Shown: positions 16,881 to 30,116 of the stretch, in pieces
How positions within the stretch are numbered: position 1 is the stretch's first letter
How the letters are laid out: the number at the start of each line of letters is the position of its first letter
From: Eledone cirrhosa
Taxonomy: Eukaryota
Assembly (NCBI GenBank): GCA_964016885.1
Contig: OZ024743.1
Span: forward strand, 162,006,001-162,070,000
Direction: 5' to 3'
DNA length: 64,000 nt
Notes under the pieces: model-generated
The model's input: only the letters and a program-made list of their open reading frames with translations
Databases searched by the model: none
What the model was told of the DNA's origin: nothing
Position numbers and translations under genes: made by a program

Positions 16881-17004
16881 TAATAATAATAATTGTTTCT
16901 ACTTTTGGCACAATGCCAACAATGAACCAGTGCATTACTGGTACTTTAATTTATCGACCCCGTAAGGATGAAAGGCAAAGTTAACCTCGCCGGGATTTGA
17001 ACTC
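16881..17004 (-). mobile_element. SINE family A, 3' half
   Basis: Reverse complement of GAGTTCAAATCCCGGCGAGGTTAACTTTGCCTTTCATCC... Confidence 0.8.
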
Positions 17005-17049
<45 letters not shown>

Positions 17050-17052
<3 letters not shown>

Positions 17053-17445
17053 GACCTGACCTGGTGGTTGTGGACAAAGAAAAAAGATCGTGCCTGATTG
17101 TGGACGTGGCCTGCCCATTCGACACGAGAGTGCAAGAGAAGGATAGGGAGAAAATTAACCGATACCAGGACTTAAAGTGGGAGGTAAAAAGGATTTGGAA
17201 CTGCCATGAAGTCAAAGTGATCCAGATTGTCATAGGCGCACTGGGGACTATCTCCAAAAGTTTCCAGGGATGGTTAAAGAAAATCGGCCCCTTCACGCTT
17301 TTTGGAACGCTTCAAAAGGCATGCTTGTTGGGAACAGCAAGAACCCTCCGATACGTCCTGAATATCTGAGGCTGCAGGTAGTGGCTTGATATTCATTCCA
17401 ACAAACTTTCCAGTTAACTAACATCAATGACTGAGACTCAAGGAG
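17050..17445 (+). mobile_element. R4/Dong-like RLE domain 3' fragment in (TAA)n
   Basis: RPDLVVVDKEKRSCLIVDVACPFD..EKINRYQDL..IVIGALG..QKACLLGTARTLR (PD-(D/E)xK-type endonuclease); (TAA)n on both sides. Confidence 0.85.
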
Positions 17446-17453
17446 TAATAACG

Positions 17454-17488
<35 letters not shown>

Positions 17489-17644
17489 CCCTCTGTAAGA
17501 ATGATAAGTTGTAAATTATATTCAATGTGGTGTATTAACTGGCTTACCAATGTATACAGTGAATTTATTTGCCCTAGGTGCCAGGAAGAGACTCGGCATA
17601 TATTAGAAACAATACTGAAGGAAAAGGAAAAAAAAAATAATGAT

Positions 17645-18720
17645 TTCATTTATTGGCCACAAGGACCAACATGTAGGGTACAATACAAAGATAAGGGCAG
17701 TGGGGGTTTATAATAAGATTGAGTGAAAATGTACAATAACAAAACCAATTTAACAATGAAAAAACATAAAATAAACTATTTATAAAAATAACAAAATAAA
17801 TTCCCCAATAGGGGGTGAACCACCAAGGGGCGTCTCAGGTACCCCACCAATCCTGAACTACTAGACGCTTCTAGGGCACTCGGGGAGGGCACCCCTCTCC
17901 TCCTCAAATTAACCAGCCTACAGGCTCATGGTCAGAGTAGGCCCACTCACACGGCCTTTCTCGCCACATACCGCCACCTTTCATCAAATGGACTGAGGGA
18001 CAGCACTTCTCTCTCCATCTTTACCTTCCTTTCCACGTGAAATTTGAAAAAGTCGATGAGGGATTGGCCGAAGAGAAAAGTGTCTGTCTTCAGTCCTTTC
18101 AACCTGGTCCAGCACACATTCTCTTTCGCAACTACCACCAGACAGTGGAAATATGCCTGCCCTTCCTGGCCAAAAGAAGGCAGCGGGTCGCTCTTCACTA
18201 TGGACTCGGCTGATAGCCGGATCCATTCTACACGTGACAACAGCTGTTCGACATAACTCCACAAATCAGTAATGCACGGACGCTGGACGAGTGCGTGCAG
18301 AACGGTTTCGTAGCTCTGAAGGTCCGTCTTGACAGCCCTTCCGTGCCTGTAGAGTTTATCTCGAACCTGCAGTGCCGCCCGGTAGCACTACCAAGTGAGG
18401 GATTTCTGGAAGTTATCCATCGTCCCCGGCTCGAAAGTCCTCTGGAACAGACTGATCAGTTCGATTTCGTCGACGCCCAGAGCCTCTCCGAGTGCGTCGT
18501 CGCACTTGCCCACCACTAATCCTCTATAGAACTCGAGAGTGGAAGTTCCACTGACCACATTGCCCGCCTAGTAGAAGGCAGTGAGTGCCTGGCAACATTA
18601 CAAATGCCAGTCGCCCAGTCTCGGTCTCTTCTTGACCCAGGACTGCAGCTCAGTCAAAGAGACGAGCTGCGGAAAGGCCCGTCTGACAAACGGCAACTAC
18701 ACCTGTTCACCATTTAGGCA
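17645..18720 (-). mobile_element. Tx1-like LINE 3' fragment
   Basis: ORF 17947-18264 and upstream pieces are homologous to the C-terminal part of the 44333-47794 ORF2. Confidence 0.85.
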
Positions 18721-18724
18721 GAAT

Positions 18725-19495
18725 AGGGAGATTCCCAGAACGACTTCCTGACAATGATATCGATCAGCATGGCTAACTATCCTGGCTCGGAAGTGTTGGT
18801 TTGAAAACAGAGACTGAGGTACTCTTAGTTGCTGTACAAGACCAATCTCTAAACACTCGGGCCTATCGACACAGAATAGTGGAAGATGGGACTAGCCCTC
18901 TATGCAGAATATGCTACAAATACAATGACACGGTAAATCATGTTATCTCCGAGTGTCCATAGCTGGCCAAAACTGACTATATAGAAAGACAACCGCATTG
19001 CCAAATATATGCACTGGATGCTTTGCCGCTCTCATGACATTCAAACCTCTGAGAAATGGTATGAACATCAACCAAAAACGTCATGGAAAAGGGCAACAGT
19101 CCAGATATCATCATAAAAACAAAACAGATCGGACACGTAGCCTTATAGATATGTACATACCAGTTGACAGAGTACATCTGCAAAAACAATGAAAAAACTG
19201 TCAAAATATAAAGATCTGGAAATAGAGATCAACCGCATGTAGAAGATGACCACAAACCCTATCCCTGTAGCATTAGGATTAATACCCAGATCATCAGACC
19301 TGCACCTTAGCCTCCTTCCCCGCAAGTTCAACAAATATGAGCTACAGAAGATCGGGCTACTAGGAACAGCACATATTCTCAGACGAGTTCTCTCTCTACA
19401 ATGAAAACATCTATTGCCCTAGGTTCAAGGTCTGAACCCGGCAATAGAGAAACAGAACTGAGCTAAACGAAATAAAATTTAAATAATAATAATTT
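18725..19495 (+). mobile_element. R4/Dong-like LINE 3' fragment
   Basis: AVQDQSLNTRAY..PLCRICYKYNDTVNHVISECP (CCHC), KLSKYKDLEIEI, QKIGLLGTAHILRRVL; short TAA tail. Confidence 0.8.
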
Positions 19496-19775
19496 AGAGA
19501 ATATTCCGGTTGGATATGAGATATCAAATTCATAATAATTTCTGAATTAGATACAAAATCAAATATTCTGGAGTCGTATACATTCAATTCAATCGAAACA
19601 CGCATACGCATAAATATATGAATGCATATTTCTGTGTGTATATATATATATGTGTGTGTTTGTGTGTGTGTCTGTGTGTCTGTATGTATATATGTATGCA
19701 TGTGTGTATGTATGTATGTATGTATGTATGTATGTATGTATGTATGTATGTATGTATATATGTATGTATGTATGT

Positions 19776-20382
19776 CAGGTCACCAGTTGGCGCTACTGGT
19801 AACATGTATCCCAGTACAACCTGTCCCATGGTCGGGTCGTTGGCGACTAAACTGGCAACCCTACCAAGGTTTCTTGGTGAGGAGGGTGACTTTGGACATC
19901 CTGCAGGACTAAAAACAAAACCTGTCAAAGGGCAAAGGCGCTCTTAAGAGTCAATGGCCATCCAAAATCACCGGGAGAGATGACCCCTTAGCCTTTGTCA
20001 AGGCAGAATTCTAGGAGAAGGAAAACTCTGATATAACACCTGCAACCCTGATGGTATCCAATGATGTTGACTTGTTCTTCTTTTTGGTAAATATCATCTT
20101 GGTTAAGAGAGTGGGACTGGCTTTGTGCAGTGCCTTTGCTCACTATAAAAGCTTCACGGCACAGCCATTGCTTTATATCTGGAAATCTCTCTGCACTTGT
20201 CGTCACATGGTACCATGGGCCCAGCACTATGTGTCAATAATTGTCACAAGTATAGTGTCTGTACCAGAATTTTCAAGTCGCTGGCTGGACTAAAAAGTCA
20301 CACTCGTTCAGCGCATCGGTAGGGGTTCTCCTACATGGATATAAAGTAGTGGCCGTACTCGAAAACGATTTGGCAGCCACCA
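19776..20382 (+). mobile_element. ~600-bp non-coding interspersed repeat (family B, possibly RTE-derived)
   Basis: Starts CAGGTCAC...CGCTACTGGTAACATGTA.CCCAGTACAACCTGT; related copies at 26183-26655 (-), 28540-28710 (-) and 14637-14680 (+). Confidence 0.6.
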
Positions 20383-20516
20383 TGCATGTATGTACGAAAT
20401 TATGTATATACTACGTATGGGTTCATATTTACCTACACATTTATTTTAATATATATATTCTATTATTCTATTACGTGTTCCAGACTGAGGCCATACATAC
20501 ATACATGCATACATAA

Positions 20517-20680
<164 letters not shown>

Positions 20681-20697
20681 TAACGGAAACTTCAATA

Positions 20698-20782
<85 letters not shown>

Positions 20783-20926
20783 ATATTTAAAAGTTAAACA
20801 AGGTTCAATGAATAAATCAAAGAATGAGATTTACAATAGATTGGAAGCACTCAACTGCAATGGTTTTCCAGAGTTATTAATATTAATTCAAAATATTAAC
20901 AAAATAGATATTCTTGTCATCAAGTA

Positions 20927-20993
20927 TATTTTATTATACATATTTCAGAGGTACTGAGTTAAGTTCAACAGTACGACCTCATCAGATAAAATA
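20927..20993 (-). ncRNA. Hammerhead ribozyme in the inverted pLTR copy
   Basis: Reverse complement of 25321-25387. Confidence 0.75.
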
Positions 20994-21168
20994 AGATGAT
21001 GCATGACATACCCGACATAGTAGAAAACCACAATCTATTGAGTGCTTCCAATCTATTGTAAAACTCATTCTTTGATTTATTCATTGAACCTTGTTTAACT
21101 TTTAAATATATATAGCTCCCAGCAGGTTGAGCGCTTTTCTCTACAATAGATTGCATATTTAATAAATA

Positions 21169-23432
21169 ATGGAATTCTTCACATTCCCGACATCTCTCAA
21201 GGATATACCAATACCATCTAATGAAGAATACATGGGGAAACTTATAGAACAAACAAACTCTTTTATAAGAAGAGTGAGATGGCGCGCATTTCATTTCGAT
21301 AATAAAGAAGCTAAAAGAAAAACCAACAGCAATTATTTTGAAACTATCTTTAAATCCAGAAAAAATCCTCCATACAACAAACTCCTGGAGGATTTTGAAA
21401 CTGAAATGCTCAATATACTTAAGAAAATTAAATTCAGGAAAAACCCATATATATGTCACCAATACCTTAGAACTTTAAAAGAAAAAATCTCGGATATAAA
21501 AAAAGTTAATAAAATATTGGTAAAATCTGACAAAACAAATAATTTATATGGGATAAATAAAGAAGAATAGAATGATTTGATTTTAAAAGAACTAAGGAAA
21601 AATTATAAAAAAAGCCCCGGCCGAAGATCTTACAGACATCAATAATGATGCATATAAATTAATTGCAAAATTTGGAATTGAAGGAAGAACAGAGCCCCTT
21701 ATACCTAGACAGCCGACGATCAATTTTAAAGATCACAAAAGAAACTTTGAGGAAGACCTGCCAGTTAGACTGATTGCTCCATCCAAATCGGATATTGGAG
21801 TAATCAGTAAAAATATTATTGATAGAATTCTACCTATTTTGAAATTGAGGTCTAAATTGAGCTTGTGGAAAGATACAAATGAAGTGATTGATTGGTATAA
21901 AAATATAGATGATAAGAAAAACCATAAATTCATCCAGATGGACATAACAAGCTATTACTCTTCCATTACGCCTAACCTACTAAATAAGGCTTTATCCTAC
22001 GCTTACAAACATACAGATCTAACTACGGATGAAATCGATATCATATTAACTGCTAGAAGAACTCTAATTAACTTCAACAATGAGTATTGGACCCGTTCAG
22101 ATAGGAATAGAAACTTCGACATTACCATGGGCTCATCGGACTCAGCGCAAGTCACGGATCTTCTGAGGATTTTCATTTTAAATATGATAAATAGAAAACT
22201 GCCGGAGATTACCGGTGGTTTATATAGGGACGATATTTTATTTACGGTTGTTAAACACAACAATACAGATCTAAATAGGGTAAAGAAAAATATAATTGAA
22301 TTCTTTAAAAATTACGACCTTAAATTAGAGGTAGAAAGTGGTACCAAAATAGTTAATTTCCTTGATGTTACCCTTAACTTAAACTCTGGTTTTTATTACC
22401 CTTTCCATAAGCTCAATGAAAACTTAAATTACGTTAGTTATTACTCTAATCACCCTAAATCTGTGAAAAATGCAATTGTAAATAGTGTACAGAAACGCAT
22501 AACTAGAATATCTGCCAATAAATCAATATTTGATGAAAAAGCAGGATATTATAATGATGCGCTAAGAAAGGGAGGTTATAAAAATAATATAGAATATATA
22601 GACAATAATAATCCGAATCTTAATCCTGATAAAAAGAATAGTAATATGACTGGCATATATAAACGAAATTCTAAAAATTATAATTCAAACACCTGTACTG
22701 TGAATAAATCGGGGAAAAGAACCAGAACTAAATCAGTTATATGCCCCCCCCCATGCTTCTGTAGCAGTAAGAACACCACTAGCTAATCTATTCTTTAAAG
22801 CTTTAGATAATTCCTTCCCTAGTCAACATAAATACCGTTCCATATTTAATAGAGACACAATTAAGCTTTCTTATTCTACAACTATGAATATGGCCCAAAA
22901 CATCGCTAAACTAAATAGTAGAATTCTAAACCAAAATCAGCATAATGCTGTTAATAATAGTGTTAATATAAATAATAATAAATCGAAATGTAATTGTATA
23001 AATAAACCAGATTGCCCTCTGCAAAATAATTGTCTGGATAGAAATCTGGTGTATAAATGCACCGCAAAAACAAATAACAACACATACAACTACATAGGGG
23101 CAACTTCTTCGACATTTAAATCGAGATTTGCGAATCACAAATGCTCATTTTCGAATTTTAATAGGAAGTCTTCGACTTCTTTATCACAACGTATATGGTC
23201 ATTAAAAGACAAAAATTTAAAATACTCGATTTTTTGGATGAAGCTATGTAATAGTAAAATCTACTCGAACTTGTCTATATCAACTAACTGCAACCTCTGC
23301 ACAAAGGAGACCCTATTAATAATTACTAATTATGAAAACTTAATTAACAAAAAAAGTGAATTATTCTCAAACTGCCTTCATAAAGCTTTGTCTACATTCC
23401 AAGCCTCACAAAAAGTCAGGAATAAACACTAA
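21169..23432 (+). pseudogene. PLE RT plus GIY-YIG polyprotein, one stop and frameshifts
   Basis: Three consecutive ORFs carrying RT motifs and a GIY-YIG domain. Confidence 0.85.
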
Positions 23433-25320
23433 ACAAACAGGTTTTAATTTTTGACGTCTCTTATCAACTGTTGGACCTAAAACGTTATAACAGTTTATAA
23501 AACTTTAATAATACTTTATTTTCTAATCATTTATGATAGAATTAATGTTAGAATGAAGGATCCTGTTTAGGTATATAAACATATTATTTGGTAACTTGTT
23601 CACTTGATAAATATGCACACCTTTGGATTATTTTAGATATTTATAATTTAGATTCGGATCTTTATTTATTTGTCTCTGTTTTAAATATATAATTTGAATA
23701 TTTAACTTGTAAGATTACCGGTTATAATTGAACCGTAGATCATTCATGCATTTATATATTTTACTCATTTTGGGTATGTTTTGGGGACTCAGAAAGTTAG
23801 ATTTGCACTTATATATTTTATATTTATCTAGGTATAAATATAACAAACCATACTAGTCGACAAATATTGGTCTCTCTCTCCACTGAACTGGAGGTAAAAC
23901 TACAATTATAGCATTACTAATAATGATTATATTTATTTATTTATTAAATGTATATCGTTTCATTAATACCTATAATACTCTCTCTATATAGTTGTACAAA
24001 TATGTTTATCTAGTATAATAACATATTCGTAGTTATATTTATAAATAATTTAGATACTCAAATGACTCTCTATTGTTATAAGTTAGATATTCCCTGGATG
24101 TTCGAAATTATATAATGATTATTACTTAATTTAATATTATTTAATTTATTTTAATTAAATTTAGATTACCTTCGGCTTTTTCAAGTTTTTAGCTCCTCTT
24201 TCTACCACATTCACTGGACATTTTAGAAGTATCTTTTGTCTACTATATATTAAAACCCTATTATATTTTAAACTATATTTTTAATATTGGGCATTTTTAA
24301 GTTTCGCAAACAATTCATTATTTTTCACTTTTTATTTTTATTTTGTATCTCGCCCTTATCCTTAGGACTCATGTAGTTTTGACTTATATATTTATAGTAC
24401 ATATCAACTAAATGATCCTTTTACAATAATTGATATAAAACATTAATTGTTAACAATATTTTCAGTAACTTATTTATTATATTGTATTATTGTATTATGT
24501 TATGTATATTTGAAAGGTATCACCTTAAGGCTTTAGACAATATAATCCTTGTATATTTTTTTGATTAACACATATATGTAATTTAAAATTCAGACTTCTT
24601 TAAGTTTAATTATAAGGCCTGTTGATCCTTTAGGCACTCAAATTGTTAATCATAAATTCTTTAATAATTATAACTAATTATTTTATAAATTATATTATAT
24701 AAACTGTTGTCAATATTATAAATAATTTTTGATAAAGTTTACCTTCGTGAGGTTGTAAAAACATTATGTTTTCTTTCTCGTGTTTGTAAATCCTTTAAAT
24801 TTGATTTCATAAAATTTGAATTTTAGAAATTAAACTTGATAGTATAATTTAATATTAATACAGATACCTATTAACTTTTAAAACCTAAAATATTATTCAT
24901 TACAACTTAAATTAAATATTTTGAATATTAACGGTCAACTAAATAAGTTTAGATATATATTGTATATATGGTCTATAAACTTGAACATAAATTATTCCCC
25001 TTTGTCTCTCTCTCTCTCTCTGTGTAATCAACTCTCTTTTGTCTCTCGAGGCACCTACTAACTATATTATCCCATCAACTGTTTCTTCCTCTATGCTTTC
25101 CTTTCTTTCCTCCTTCTTCAGTAATTTAAATTATTTAACAGTTATATTGATGCCAAGTATTTTTTAAGCTGTCTCATACGCACCCTCTCTATTGTATATA
25201 TTATATATTTTTCTCATGTTCTCAATATTAGGGTATAAATATTGAGTCTTGTCATATATTACTCACTACCATGACTGAATCTTAACCATCTACTCTGTCA
25301 GGGTATGTCATGCATCATCT

Positions 25321-25387
25321 TATTTTATCTGATGAGGACGTACTGTTGAACTTAACTCAGTACCTCTGAAATATGTATAATAAAATA
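25321..25387 (+). ncRNA. Type I hammerhead ribozyme in the PLE pLTR
   Basis: TATTTTAT-CTGATGA-GGACGTACTG...CAGTACCTCT-GAAAT-ATGT-ATA-ATAAAATA. Confidence 0.75.
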
Positions 25388-25427
25388 TACTTGATCACAA
25401 GAATATCTATTTTGTTAATATTTTGAA

Positions 25428-25483
<56 letters not shown>

Positions 25484-25877
25484 TTTGTCTAGTTAATTTC
25501 TACGGAGTAAGAAGAAAAATTAGGTAAATTTTATCTGACTTTTTCAAACTTATATTTTTAATATAGCTCTGATTAATAATTATTTATTTAATTCATTCAT
25601 TGACCCACACCGTTGAAGGTAGGCTACACTCATATATGCATCGATGCTTATGTTTAAATATATATATGTGTTCCTTTTGAATTTGTTCTATATTCCCTTA
25701 CTGTTGCGTAAATTTAGGCGGTACCTAACTTCTTCTTCTAGCAATGAACTCACTAGCCACTGGTCTACCCTTCACAACAACAATTCTCTCTTGACCGCTA
25801 GCCACGTGATGATTTTCACCCTTTTCGAATTTGTTACTAACGGCGATCACTTTGGAAATTTCGGTCCTAACTGAGGG

Positions 25878-25965
25878 AGTCTCTTGATAAGCTTGAAGCC
25901 TCATGGATAATGCAACGATTAGACATTTCCACAAATTACGAGCGAAACTGTCGACAGTCGAGACT
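25878..25965 (+). ncRNA. Hammerhead ribozyme, U3:A8 core variant
   Basis: AGTCTC-TTGATAA-GCTT...GAGC-GAAAC-TGTCGACA-GTC-GAGACT; helix III ACTGTCGACAGT is self-complementary; host unit 25481-26110 has terminal direct repeats. Confidence 0.75.
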
Positions 25966-26182
25966 AGGGGATATTTTGGTAACATTTATCTATTATTTCT
26001 CCAAACTTACATTTTAAACTTAGCTCCGTTTAATTGATTATTTGTCTAGTTAATTTCTACGGACTAAGAAGAAAAACTTGGTAAATTTTATCTGACTGTT
26101 CTCCGAAACTGTGTGTGTGTGTATGCATACACACACACACACCCACACACAGACATATATACTGTATATATATATATATATA

Positions 26183-26655
26183 TGATGGCTGCAACTCGAT
26201 TTGGAGTAATGCGATCGCTTGATACTTAAGCATGAGAATTACGGACGCGGTATTTTTAGTCCTGCTAGGACTTTGTCCAGCACTTACCATGCATCGCAAA
26301 AGTGTTACATATCAAGCGATGCCAGTGCTTGAAGGTTTTTTAAGTGAGGAAAGGCTTTGCACGGGACCAATGCCACTCTCTGAACATCAAATGCGTTTAC
26401 ACAAAAAGAAGAACTGGTCTACATCATTGGATGCAAACGATGTCGCAGGTTTTGTATCAGAGTGACTTTCTCTTAGAGAGATATCTTAATGAAGACTAGG
26501 AGACTCTCGTCCCAGAAAAAAGAAATACGATTTATTAGATGGCCGTTGACTTTCCTGAATTCCTCCGCCCTTTGACGGGTTTAGTCGTCGACGACCCGAC
26601 CATGCACAGGTTGTACTGGGTTACATGTTACCAGTAGCGCTGAAGAGTGACCTGC
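26183..26655 (-). mobile_element. Repeat family B copy
   Basis: Reverse complement begins CAGGTCACTCTTCAGCGCTACTGGTAACATGTAACCCAGTACAACCTGTGCATGGTCGGGTCG. Confidence 0.6.
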
Positions 26656-27108
26656 AGTATATATATACTGCATGCACGGGAGGAATGACAACTCTCAGTT
26701 TTCGTTTATTTGCTCGATGAAGAGAACCGCTTCTCCTCTTTTTAGATCCCCTTACATGATCTATACTAGATTATGTGGATAAGAATGCAGTAAAGGATGC
26801 CTATATCTCCTTTCTTAAGAACACCGACCCCCATATGTTACGCTGAAGAATATAGGTAATATATAAGGACATAGGCTACAGTGTTTGTATCCAATTTTAG
26901 ACCACGTAGGGAAATCTAGAGAGTAGGGAAACTTGAATATGAGTTTTGTAGATTGGTAGCTGGAAGGAACCGGTAGTTAGCGAGGTAATAGAAGAAAGGT
27001 AAGACAGAATGGAAAGGATAAGGTTGAACTAGTATTTGTATATATATATAAGTCTATTACTCTAGTACGTGTTTCAGCCGACAGACTGAGACCATACTGG
27101 GGCACCGC

Positions 27109-27171
<63 letters not shown>

Positions 27172-27267
27172 AATGAATTAAAGACTTAGTTAATATGTAA
27201 TCAACTGACTTATGTGTATAACAGATACGAAGCACTCAACAGTTAATATTTATCTGGATTATTATGG

Positions 27268-27505
27268 TAATAATAGTATTAAACGAAAGATATACACTCT
27301 GTATCATCATTATTTAATTCATTATATATATTTCGGGGATGCAAAAATTTATGTTTAACATATATCAGAGCATGCCATCTTCACATATGTCTGAAGAGAG
27401 CATGCTCTGATTTATGTTAAACATAAATTTTTGCATCCCCGAAATATATATAATGAAAATAATAGTGATGATATAAAGTATATATCTTTTGTTTATTACT
27501 ATTAT
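27268..27505. repeat. Fold-back palindrome containing an HHR core
   Basis: Arms of ~115 bp; plus arm reads CTGAAGA(27391)...GCATCCCC-GAAAT-ATAT-ATA. Confidence 0.8.
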
Positions 27506-28773
27506 ATATATATATATATTACCATTTTAGTGTATATTAGTGAGCATATGTGTGTAGGTCTACGTGTGTGTATAATATTTGTGCATGTGAGTGAATGTAT
27601 ATATATAAGTAGGTGTATGTGTATGCCATATGCACACCTGGGATTGTGTACATATGTATTTACAACCGCTAATCGATTGGGTTTAGAGGATGATAGTCCA
27701 TTTGCTTTGTTTTTTCAAGGAAAGCACACGCATTTCAAAGCGTTTATGCAAATCTATTCTAAAGACGACTGCAATAGAAATATTCTCCGTCTCATAGAAA
27801 CATATCAGGTCTATGTATTTGTACAGGATTGCTGATATTATTGGAATATTCCACCAGTATTCCTTATTTTTAAAGGTGTTGAATATAGAAATACAAGTTT
27901 GATGTTTAGATACCGTGATTGAGTGATGCATACAAACAGGAAGAGTGGTACCACATGTATATATGTGTATGCGTTTAGAGTAAGTAAATATGCGCAGAGT
28001 TCTGGCAGAAACAACCGAACTATGAAGTGCAAGAAAATTGATAAAATAGGGGCATGAGAATGTCTTGTAAGATCACAGTGACTGAAGTGAAGTGTAGTTG
28101 TTGATTTGAAAAAATAAAATCGTCTAACATAAAATTATTCCAAGTTGCATAGGGAAAGGTTGAAGAAGAGTCTATCCCTGTATATGAAGGTCTGCTAACA
28201 TATTCTAGTACAGAAACTTATTTTCTGGCACAGTTTAGCATGAAAATAAGAATATTTTCATCTTAAACTAATAATTACGATAGCGTGTTGGATCAAACCA
28301 ATATCATATATGTTGCCTCATGCTCTGAATACACAAGAATACCCTACGCTCTTCCTCCACACACAATATCCAACCATTCTCACAAAGCACAACAATATAT
28401 TAGATCATTTACATTTTCGGCTTTTTATACTGACATCATTTGTTGATATTTTTTGTTTACAAAATGTTATAAGAAAATTATGTACAAGCTTGTAACTAAA
28501 CTTCACATTCACATATATGCAATATACATGCATACATACATGATGGCTGTTCCCTCATTATCGAGTATGGCCATTGCACGATATAACATTATTAATAATT
28601 ATTAATTAATGCTACCCTGAAATGCTTGTGCGTGAAAATTTTTTTTAAAGTGAGGAAAGCCTGTGCACTGAGCCAATCCCACTCTCTGAGCGACAGTAGC
28701 TATAACCCGAAAAGAAGAAAAGATCAACATCATCGGTAACATACATGCATACATACATGCAAAAATACATACA

Positions 28774-28821
<48 letters not shown>

Positions 28822-30021
28822 TACAGTGTATTGTACACTAAACCCAAAAAGAAGCTATGACCCAAAGTAGGGCTATTGAAATTGAAAAAAACAAACATCT
28901 TTACTGTAACTCTGTACAGCATCTTTTTATATGGAAAGAAAACATCAAAAGTCGGTCAAGAAGATAGAAATATTTTTTCTGACAATTTAAAATCTACTTG
29001 ATTGATTTTATTGTGTGTAGCAGGCAATTTCCAAATCGAGGCCAATAAAATTCTTAATTTTTCAATTCTCTATTGAATGATGAGAGAATTTGCTGTACAA
29101 ATTATTATAAATAAGATACCCAGATGATGTTATTTAAAACTATATACATTTTACAAGAAATAATAAAAAATGTGGTAAGAGAAAATCACGATTTTTAGGG
29201 AGTGATCTACATACGCTTCAGGAATTTCACACTCTAACAGAAAGGGAGCAATGGATTTGGCTGAGATTTAAAAAAATTAATCCCCAAACATCCGCAATCA
29301 TCGTTTCATTCTGATATAGATAACTTCGGTTACCTATATTGTATTAATAGATAATTTGGTTGATGCATAAGGATTGCTAGATTTGATCCTGAGATTGCAT
29401 AGTTTTATATTGATCCCATATTACTAATACAATATTGGTTTCTATCAACTATGTACAGAGACCTTTTATTTGTAGGCAAAGGGAAAATTGGATATGTGGA
29501 GTTCATGAATGTTCTAAGGACATTAGTAGTGAAATTGCTTCAACTTAGAATTTAGACTCTGTTGCTGACTCATTCCACAGAGAGCCAGCTAGTTACCATA
29601 TTATTTCAGTACTTCACTAGATAGTGTATTCCTATAACGTAGACAAGTATTTGATAAAAAAAATTTTGTAGATGTCGAAGTAAAAAAAAAATATTACAAA
29701 GGTTTAAAAAAAAACTAATGATTACTTGTTTTGCTATCAAAGACTGGTGATCGAGATTGGTTTTCAAGTCAGAATGTTTCGTATAATTCGTAAGATTGTT
29801 CTTAAAAAAGAATCATGAAAATAACAGATTGGTGTTGGACAAATCTGCTATTTATCCTCAAGAGACATTAACTGCAATCATAAATAAATAATATCTTGTC
29901 AAAGAATCAATAATATTCTTAAGAAGTGTTGTTAGTTAATCAGAGAACGAAACACCTGACATTCCAACTATACCATAATTGTTCTTACATAAATTTTCGG
30001 TGCTTACATTATTAAAGTAGC

Positions 30022-30116
30022 TTAGCTGAATTTGTTATACTCCGTTGTGTTGAGAACTAGATCTGTGGACATCGGTGTGTATATAAAAGTCTCTTCTGTG
30101 GATGATTTGTTATGTG
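30022..30116 (-). CDS. Candidate last coding exon of a host gene
   Basis: Acceptor TGTTTTCTTTTTCAG; the phase-1 frame reads (A)HNKSSTEETFIYTPMSTDLVLNTTEYNKFS*, matching the phase of exon 41582-41668; lies in unique-looking DNA; a GTAAGC donor follows 30008. Confidence 0.4.

Larger units (their letters stand above)
20785..25432 (+). mobile_element. Near-complete Penelope-like element (Naiad-type) with inverted 5' pseudo-LTR
   Basis: ORF pieces 21169-21570 (SLKDIPIPS..RVRWRAF), 21839-22786 (FIQMDITSYYSSI, TMGSSDSAQVTDL, GLYRDD, VNFLDV) and 22884-23432 (CNC..CPLQNNC, LVY..YIG, CNLC..LINKKSEL..CLH); 20880-21012 is the reverse complement of 25301-25432; (TA)n on both sides. Confidence 0.9.
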
